This document shows, in pieces, positions 26,277 to 32,000 of a stretch of 32,000 nucleotides of DNA. A program made the position numbers and the translations under genes. The notes beneath the pieces are model-generated. The model ran no database searches. It was not told the DNA's origin and saw only the letters and a list, made by a program, of their open reading frames with translations. Position 1 is the first letter of the stretch; the number at the start of each line of letters is the position of its first letter. The stretch lies in NCBI RefSeq assembly GCF_000025685.1, contig NC_013966.1:270001-302000 (forward strand), written 5' to 3'. The stretch is from Haloferax volcanii DS2. Its GTDB lineage: Archaea; Halobacteriota; Halobacteria; Halobacteriales; Haloferacaceae.

Positions 26277-27443
26277 ATGGAGATAACCGACGTGACAGCG
26301 GTTACTGTCGACGTTCCGCTGACGAGTACCGACGAGCATCTCGGAATCGCCCCGTACACCACGAATCACGGCGAACTCGAATCGATGGAGCGCGTGCTCG
26401 TCCGCGTCGATACCGACGAGGGTATCGAAGGCTGGGGGGAGATGCGCGTGTTTCTCTCGCCGACGGCGACCGAGTCGCTCATCGAAGACGGTATCGGACC
26501 GATGGTCGTCGGTCAGTCGCCGTTCGAAATCGAACGCCTTCGCCGACAGGTGTTCGTCGAGTACACGAACGTGGATATGTTCTTTTCCGCCGTCGAAACG
26601 GCCTGTTGGGACATCGTAGGGAAAGCGCTTGACCGACCCGTGTACGAACTGCTCGGCGGCTGGACCGCGCCGACCCAGAGCACGCTCCAGCACAGGTCCC
26701 ACGTGGCCGACGGCACCCGGAACCCCGGTCCAGTCCCGGTCGCGTTCTGCCTCGGAATCCTGCCGCCCGAGGAGTCTCGCGTGAAAGCCCGAGAGGCACT
26801 AGACGCGGGGTTCGATGTGCTCAAGACGAAAGCGGGCAGGGACTGGCGACAGGACGTTGCGCGGATCAAGGCGATGCACGACGAGACGGACGGACAACTG
26901 GAGTTCCGACTCGACCCGAACCAGGGCTGGACGCTTGACCAGGCAGTCCGTGTCGGCGCGATGCTCGAAGACGAGGGAATCTACCTGCAGTACCTCGAAC
27001 AGCCGATTCGGGTGGACTCCCACGTGTCGCTCGCACGGTTGCGACAGCGCCTTCGGCAGCCCATCGCCCCGAATGAGGACACCTACGTGCCACACAACAT
27101 CTCTTCGCTCGTCGAGGCCGGCGCGATGGACGTGGGCGTCATCGACCTCACCCCGGCTGGCGGCATCAGCGGGATCCGGCAACAGGCCGCGATACTCGAA
27201 GACGCCGGCGTGCCGTTTACCCACCACTGTGCATTCGACCTCGGGATTCGAACCGCGGCAATTCTCCACGCCGTGAGCGGGATTCCGGGCTTTTCACTCC
27301 CCCCGGACTCGACGTACTACGCGTGGGAGGGCGATGTCATCTCGGAACCGTTCGAAGTTGAAGACGGCTGTCTCCCCGCGCCGCTCGGGCCCGGACTCGG
27401 CATCTCGGTCGACCGAGACGCCGTCGAAGCGTATCGAATATAG
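26277..27443 (+). CDS. mandelate racemase/muconate lactonizing enzyme family protein, putative sugar-acid dehydratase
   Basis: ORF 26202..27443 trimmed to ATG 26277 (MEITDVTAVTV...). It has KxK (LKTKAG), metal-ligand contexts RLDPNQGW, LEQP and NED, and an Asp...His pair (VIDLTPAGGISG ... THHCAFD) typical of the MR subgroup. Confidence 0.82.
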   Translation: MEITDVTAVTVDVPLTSTDEHLGIAPYTTNHGELESMERVLVRVDTDEGIEGWGEMRVFLSPTATESLIEDGIGPMVVGQSPFEIERLRRQVFVEYTNVDMFFSAVETACWDIVGKALDRPVYELLGGWTAPTQSTLQHRSHVADGTRNPGPVPVAFCLGILPPEESRVKAREALDAGFDVLKTKAGRDWRQDVARIKAMHDETDGQLEFRLDPNQGWTLDQAVRVGAMLEDEGIYLQYLEQPIRVDSHVSLARLRQRLRQPIAPNEDTYVPHNISSLVEAGAMDVGVIDLTPAGGISGIRQQAAILEDAGVPFTHHCAFDLGIRTAAILHAVSGIPGFSLPPDSTYYAWEGDVISEPFEVEDGCLPAPLGPGLGISVDRDAVEAYRI

Positions 27444-27494
27444 TGCAACACCATAGCAAGGTTGAATAGCTCCGACCACATCGGTGCGCACGCT

Positions 27495-28337
27495 ATGGTT
27501 GAGTTATCACTACGAGACCGTCCGGCAATCGTAACCGGTGCCTCTCGAGGTATCGGTCGCGAAATCGCGGCGCGATTCGCGGAGGCTGGCGGAGATGTCG
27601 CCATCTGCTCGCGCTCGTTGGACGACGTGAGACCGGTCGCAGAGGAGCTCACCGCCGCACACGACGGCCGGGTCGTTCCGGTCGAATGCGACGTAACCGA
27701 CCGCGACGAGGTTCGAAGCCTCGTCGATACCGCGCTCGACGAGTTCGGCGAGGTCAAGGTGCTGGTGAACAACGCGGGCGGGTCAGACGAGTCCGCGAAC
27801 GTGGCGCACCGCTGCGACGAGGAGACGTTCGAGCGGATGGTCGACCTGAACCTCAAGAGCCAGTTCCTCCTGAGCAAGGAGGTCCTCCCGGCCATGGTCG
27901 CCGTCGGCGGAGGTTCGATGATCCACATGGGCTCGGTCAACGGGCTCTTCGGCATCGGTTTATCCGGCTACTCGGAGGCGAAAAGCGGTCTCCTCGCGAT
28001 GTCGCGAAACATCGCGGCCCACTACGGCCAACACGGTGTTCGCTCGAACGTCATCTCCGCAGGGACGATAGAAACCGCGAGCAGGCGCGAGGAGATGGAG
28101 AACACAGAGGGCCGAACGGGCGATTCGAACGCGCGCGAAGGCTGGCTCGACCAGTACCCGCTCGGTCGCTTCGGGACACCGCGTGAGGTCGCGGACACCT
28201 CGCTGTTCCTCGCATCGGAGCTGTCCAGTTTCATCACCGGCGAGAACGTCGTCCTCGACGGCGGCCTCACAACGAGTCTCTCGACGTCGTTCATCAATGA
28301 AGTGTACGACGCGGACGAAGTACCATCACGACGGTAA
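27495..28337 (+). CDS. short-chain dehydrogenase/reductase (SDR)
   Basis: ORF 27462..28337 trimmed to ATG 27495. Carries TGASRGIG, NNAG and the catalytic S...YSEAK. Confidence 0.88.
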   Translation: MVELSLRDRPAIVTGASRGIGREIAARFAEAGGDVAICSRSLDDVRPVAEELTAAHDGRVVPVECDVTDRDEVRSLVDTALDEFGEVKVLVNNAGGSDESANVAHRCDEETFERMVDLNLKSQFLLSKEVLPAMVAVGGGSMIHMGSVNGLFGIGLSGYSEAKSGLLAMSRNIAAHYGQHGVRSNVISAGTIETASRREEMENTEGRTGDSNAREGWLDQYPLGRFGTPREVADTSLFLASELSSFITGENVVLDGGLTTSLSTSFINEVYDADEVPSRR

Positions 28338-28348
28338 CCACATCAACG

Positions 28349-28723
28349 ATGAAAGAACTAACCACAGCGGACGCACCGGACAGCATCGGACCGTACTCGC
28401 AGGGTGTCGTCTCGGGCGACAAACTCTACGTCTCTGGACAGGGACCTGTCGACCCCGAAACGGGTGAAGTCGTCGACGGGACGCCGGCGGAACAGACGAT
28501 GCGAACCCTCGAGAACGTCGAGGCGATTCTGGAGGCCGGCGGATCGTCGCTCGCAGACGTGGTGAAAGCCACTGTCTTCCTCAAGGATATGCGCTACTAC
28601 GACGAGGTGAACGAGGTTTACGGCGAGTATATGTCGGCACCGTATCCGGCACGGAGCGCCGTCGAGGTCGTGAAACTCCCCGTCGACATCGACGTGGAGA
28701 TCGAGGTCGTCGCCGAGCGGTAA
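28349..28723 (+). CDS. ridA: RidA/YjgF/TdcF-family reactive-intermediate deaminase
   Basis: 124 aa with APDSIGPYSQGV...LYVSGQGPVDPETGE...RSAVEVVKLP. Confidence 0.88.
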   Translation: MKELTTADAPDSIGPYSQGVVSGDKLYVSGQGPVDPETGEVVDGTPAEQTMRTLENVEAILEAGGSSLADVVKATVFLKDMRYYDEVNEVYGEYMSAPYPARSAVEVVKLPVDIDVEIEVVAER

Positions 28724-28850
28724 CGCGCCGAGTCAACGACTCCGAGAGCACGTCCCGATCGTAGGTGAGAGCGGAAGCCGACGGCGCAACACCGCGTCGG
28801 GAGTGACGACGCTACCTTCCCACGGTCCCGAAGCGACACAGACTGTCGGG

Positions 28851-28870
28851 TTCCGCTTTCGTTTTGTGTA
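28851..28870 (+). terminator. T-rich stretch, candidate terminator of the ridA-ending operon
   Basis: The sequence is ttccgctttcgttttgtgta, in the convergent gap 28724-28923. Confidence 0.25.
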
Positions 28871-28923
28871 GTTCAGAACGGGTGACTCCTCGGTTGTCGC
28901 GGCCGTCGGAGCCAGTCGAACTC

Positions 28924-29571
28924 CTACTCCGACCGTGCGGCCTCGACAGCCTCTCTGAACACGCGAGCGTTCGCTTCGATAACGTCGAACTCGCCGCAAG
29001 CGATAGCTTCGGTGTCGACGATGGAGCTCCCAACGCCGACGGCCGTCGCGCCCGCATCGAAGAACTCGTCCACGTTGTCCAGTCCGACCCCGCCGGTCGG
29101 GACGGTCGGAATGTGTCCGAGTGGGCCACCGAGCGCCGAGATAAATCTCGGTCCGAGCGTGCCGGCGGGGAACACTTTCACCATGTCCGCGCCGGCTTCG
29201 AAGGCATTCACGGCTTCGGTCGGCGTGGCGATACCGACGAGCGAGGGTACACCGTAACGATTCGCGGTTTCGACGACGCCCTCATCGAACGACGGCGTGA
29301 CGATGAACTCCGCACCGGCGAGAGTCGTCGCCCGCGCCGTCTCCGCGTCGAGGACGGTCCCCGCGCCGATGGTCACCTCGTCGGCCGCGAACGACTCAGA
29401 CACGTCTCGAATCATGTTGAGGACGCTTTCGGTGTTCGCGGTTATCTCGACCGTCGAAACCCCGCCGCGGCGGAGCGCGTCAACCGTCTCGATTGCCGTC
29501 TCGGGGTCGGTCTCTCGGATGATTGCGACGATACCCGACTCTGCGATTCGCTGGGCGGTGGAAGCGACCAT
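28924..29571 (-). CDS. eda: 2-dehydro-3-deoxyphosphogluconate / 4-hydroxy-2-oxoglutarate aldolase (Eda family)
   Basis: ORF 28924..29592 has a GTG start, and ATG 29571 (MVASTAQRIAESGIVAIIR) is more likely. Motifs are VEITANT, GAGTVLD, FIVTP and the Schiff-base Lys context ADMVKVFPAG. Confidence 0.88.
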   Translation of the reverse strand: MVASTAQRIAESGIVAIIRETDPETAIETVDALRRGGVSTVEITANTESVLNMIRDVSESFAADEVTIGAGTVLDAETARATTLAGAEFIVTPSFDEGVVETANRYGVPSLVGIATPTEAVNAFEAGADMVKVFPAGTLGPRFISALGGPLGHIPTVPTGGVGLDNVDEFFDAGATAVGVGSSIVDTEAIACGEFDVIEANARVFREAVEAARSE

Positions 29572-29709
29572 ACCCGTAGCAGGATGACCCACGGCTTAAC
29601 CTTCGGGCTCCGCGACTGCCGGGGTGCAAACTTCGTCTAGAGAGGAGTCCTTATCACGCGACTCCGCGACGTTCGAGTATGCAAAACCCACCCCGACGGA
29701 GTGGATACT

Positions 29710-29853
29710 GTGACGCCTGAATTGGTGACCTCCGGCGAGACGATGGTTCGCCTGTTATCTCCGAGGAGAGGCCGCTTAGAGACGAGTGACACGCTGCGGT
29801 TCAGCACCGCCGGGGCGGAGTCGAACGTCGCAATCGCGGCGTTGGGGTCGTAA
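29710..29853 (+). pseudogene. kdgK: 5' remnant of a 2-keto-3-deoxygluconate kinase (PfkB family) gene
   Basis: Translates as VTPELVTSGETMVRLLSPRRGRLETSDTLRFSTAGAESNVAIAALGS*. This matches the conserved KDG-kinase N-terminus (LVTFGETMLRLSP...GGAESNVA). It stops after 47 codons and no PfkB sequence follows. It is divergent from eda. Confidence 0.6.
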
Positions 29854-29870
29854 CCGGGACGACGCCGACG

Positions 29871-30899
29871 GTGTGGGAAAAGTATTTTGACAGTTCGGGC
29901 GGAGTCCTATTCGTGCCCTCCGAAATCACGACGCGGCGACGACTCCTAGCGACCGGCGGCGCGTTACTGACAGCGGTGCTCGGTGGCTGTTCACAGGTTC
30001 TCCCTGAGTCAGAGACAGACACGCGGAGTCTCGTGCTCTCGTTGTTCCCCCTCGATGGCTCGCTTGCCGAACGGTACGTCGTCGACCTGACCGAGACGCA
30101 GCCGCCGTGGGACGAAGCTGCGTTCAACGCCACGCTCAACGGCACGGCATACACGACGCGACACCACACGCCGTTCCTCGCTCGCGGGAGCGAGACACCC
30201 ACCTACGCGCGTCGAAACGGGACGTACTACCACCTCGACTCGCTCGTTGTCGGCGAGGAGACCGTCAGCCATCCGGTACTCCGACTGTTCGAGGTCGGCC
30301 GCGCCGACGAACTCGACACCGCCCCGGACCACGTCACGCACTCGTCGCTTCCCGAGGGCGACCAACAGGCGGTGCAAGTCGCGTACTTCGCCGCTCGGGC
30401 GCGAGGGAACACCGGCGGCGCTCCGCGCGGCCTCGTCCAACGCGACGGCTACGTGTATCGGACCGACGACGCGGCGGAGGCGAGCGACCTCCTCGAAGAA
30501 TCGGGGGCGTCCCACGTCGAATTCCGGGATACCATCTACGAAGTCGAAATCGCCCGCGAGACGTTTCACGAATCCGTCTACCGGGCCGACGCCGACCCGG
30601 TCGCCGACTCGACGGCCGAGATGGAGACGATACTTCGGGCGTCGCTCCTCGACGCGCGGGCGACCCGGGAGGCACTCTCGCAGGCGGAGCGGGAGATTCT
30701 CCGGCAAGCGGCGGCCGACACCTACCGCGAGTCGCATCCGTACTCCGAGGCGTTCACGTCGCTCCTGACGAAACTCGACCACTGGGCGTACCTCGACGGC
30801 GACATCGAGAACGACGCGGGCGTCGAGGCGGGGTCGCGTCGGTTCCTCCTGTACGACGAGCGCTACTTCACGTATAGACTCGACTTCGCATCCGAGTAA
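29871..30899 (+). CDS. hypothetical Tat-secreted lipoprotein
   Basis: Has the signal TTRRRLLATGGALLTAVLGGCSQ (twin-arginine plus lipobox) and an acidic mature part. The start is either GTG 29871 or GTG 29913. The second lies about 29 nt after the A/T box aaaagtatttt at 29877-29887. Confidence 0.7.
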   Translation: MWEKYFDSSGGVLFVPSEITTRRRLLATGGALLTAVLGGCSQVLPESETDTRSLVLSLFPLDGSLAERYVVDLTETQPPWDEAAFNATLNGTAYTTRHHTPFLARGSETPTYARRNGTYYHLDSLVVGEETVSHPVLRLFEVGRADELDTAPDHVTHSSLPEGDQQAVQVAYFAARARGNTGGAPRGLVQRDGYVYRTDDAAEASDLLEESGASHVEFRDTIYEVEIARETFHESVYRADADPVADSTAEMETILRASLLDARATREALSQAEREILRQAAADTYRESHPYSEAFTSLLTKLDHWAYLDGDIENDAGVEAGSRRFLLYDERYFTYRLDFASE

Positions 30900-31643
30900 C
30901 TCGCCCGTACTCTCGATTCGAGCCGAACGGAGGGTACAACCCCAGACGTGCGGCAGTCGGAGCGTCGCGTCGCCGCCGAGGGAGGCGAAAGTACGGAGCG
31001 GGAGAGACGACACGGCATCACAAAACCACGGTCGTGAACCGACGTTCGTCCAGTTTTCGGTGACGCGTCCAGCGGAGCGACTGCCGTACGATGGCGAACA
31101 CCCGAAGCCGGGTTTCGTCGGGGACGCTTCAGAATATATTATTGAATACTGTCTTGTTATTCTATTAGTTCCTAAATTGATGTGAGTGATTTGAGTTCAA
31201 TAACCTCGCATTTTCAGCAATAAAGAAGATTTATTGAAAATTATTTCTATATGTGTATTGAAATCACAAAATAGGCGAGAATAGTGGGTATTATTTAGAT
31301 AAATGGCTATAAATGGCCTTCGCCCCGGACACACACGACGTAATCCGAGTTAGTAGCAGAAAGCCGTCTAAACGCCTATTCTGTATTCGACTGTAAAACG
31401 GACGGCCGGCAGCCATCGACATAACTTATCAAAATTTAGTATTATCTGTGTAAATGGGGTTTTTCCATTATGCATCACCTATCGACCTCGACGGGCCACC
31501 GGTCGAGTACCCGAGACCGACGAGCGACGAGCGTCCGCATCACGGCACGCTCTGTGGATTCCGGCAATTGGCCGCCACCGCACGGAGTACGCGAGAGTGG
31601 TGTCGACGGCTGCCGAAGCGTCCGCGGGTCGCAACGGTCACGG

Positions 31644-32000
31644 TCACGCGTCGGGCTCGGTAGCCGGCGCGTCACCGAACAGATACTGAAGCAGGTAGCC
31701 AGCGAGCAGCGCGGCGACGGTGACGAGCGCCGCGACGGGATGCTCGACGGAGAGCCCCACGGCGAGAAGCGCGAGGAAGCAGCAGGCGATTGCGGCCGTC
31801 AAGAGACCGCCGGGCGCGCGGAACGGCGCGGCAACGTCACCGCGATAGACGCGTAGCCCGACGAAGGACGCGATGTTGATGGCGTACGGGAGGACCGTCC
31901 CGACGAGCGCGGCGAGGACGATTCCACCGACGACCTGCCTCCCGATGACGACAGCGCCGGCGCCGATGGCGACGGTGCAGAGCGCGACGTACGGCGAGTT
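31644..32000 (-). CDS. APC-superfamily amino-acid/polyamine permease, C-terminal part (5' end outside the window)
   Basis: My own translation of the minus strand gives ...PYAINIASFVGLRVYRGDVAAPFRAPGGLLTAAIACCFLALLAVGL...YLLQYLFGDAPATEPDA*, with the stop at 31644-31646. The reading frame is open to the window edge. It is absent from the supplied ORF track because it has no start codon in the window. Confidence 0.65.
   Translation of the reverse strand, partial: NSPYVALCTVAIGAGAVVIGRQVVGGIVLAALVGTVLPYAINIASFVGLRVYRGDVAAPFRAPGGLLTAAIACCFLALLAVGLSVEHPVAALVTVAALLAGYLLQYLFGDAPATEPDA

Noticed and set aside
29608-29670. A 9-nt direct repeat ctccgcgac (29608-29616 and 29662-29670) between eda and the kdgK stub, as a possible operator.
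   Set aside because: It is a single short GC-rich repeat pair with no palindromic character and no similarity to the CGTGTTGA motif set. The evidence is insufficient.
31130-31460. Replication origin (AT-rich unwinding element).
   Set aside because: I could not find ORB-type repeats (…TTCCA.TGGAAA…GGGG), and no orc1/cdc6 gene is present in the window. It is kept only as a low-interest composition anomaly.
1-32000. CRISPR arrays, rRNA or tRNA genes, and known defence-system genes.
   Set aside because: I saw no regularly spaced direct repeats, no rRNA-like or cloverleaf-compatible sequence, and no nuclease, ATPase or methylase gene sets typical of defence islands in any frame.

Overview
High-GC sequence with short AT-rich islands. 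The predicted proteins are strongly acidic, two carry Tat plus lipobox signals, and A/T boxes sit about 27-31 nt upstream of many start codons. All of this points to a haloarchaeon (class Halobacteria), probably an accessory or megaplasmid-like region. I found no rRNA, tRNA or CRISPR array.

There are three blocks:

(1) 416-13844 is a carbohydrate/polyol catabolic island. It holds an IclR regulator, a DgoD-like enolase-superfamily dehydratase with altered catalytic residues, an internally duplicated two-domain class II aldolase, glpA/glpB/glpC (anaerobic-type glycerol-3-phosphate dehydrogenase), a GlcG-like protein, a ThuA-like protein and an IMPase-family phosphatase. On the other strand, a non-GlpK FGGY sugar kinase is translationally coupled to an uncharacterised multi-pass membrane protein.

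(2) 13845-18640 is a lower-GC, partly decayed stretch. It holds frameshifted gene debris with an RNase H-like motif, sfsA, and a complete IS110-family insertion sequence whose structured non-coding ends contain short copies of the flanking DNA, making it a candidate bridge/seek guide RNA. It also holds a TFS (transcript cleavage factor) paralog that lacks the acidic catalytic loop.

(3) 18639-29853 is a second IclR-controlled sugar or sugar-acid locus. An ABC importer with a creatininase-family gene embedded in it is followed by an unassignable 382-aa protein, an MR-subgroup enolase-superfamily dehydratase, an SDR and RidA. A convergent KDPG/KHG aldolase and a truncated kdgK remnant follow.

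The window ends with a Tat-lipoprotein gene, an ORF-free AT-rich island and the 3' end of an APC-type permease gene. All functional calls rest on motif recognition by eye. No database search was run.
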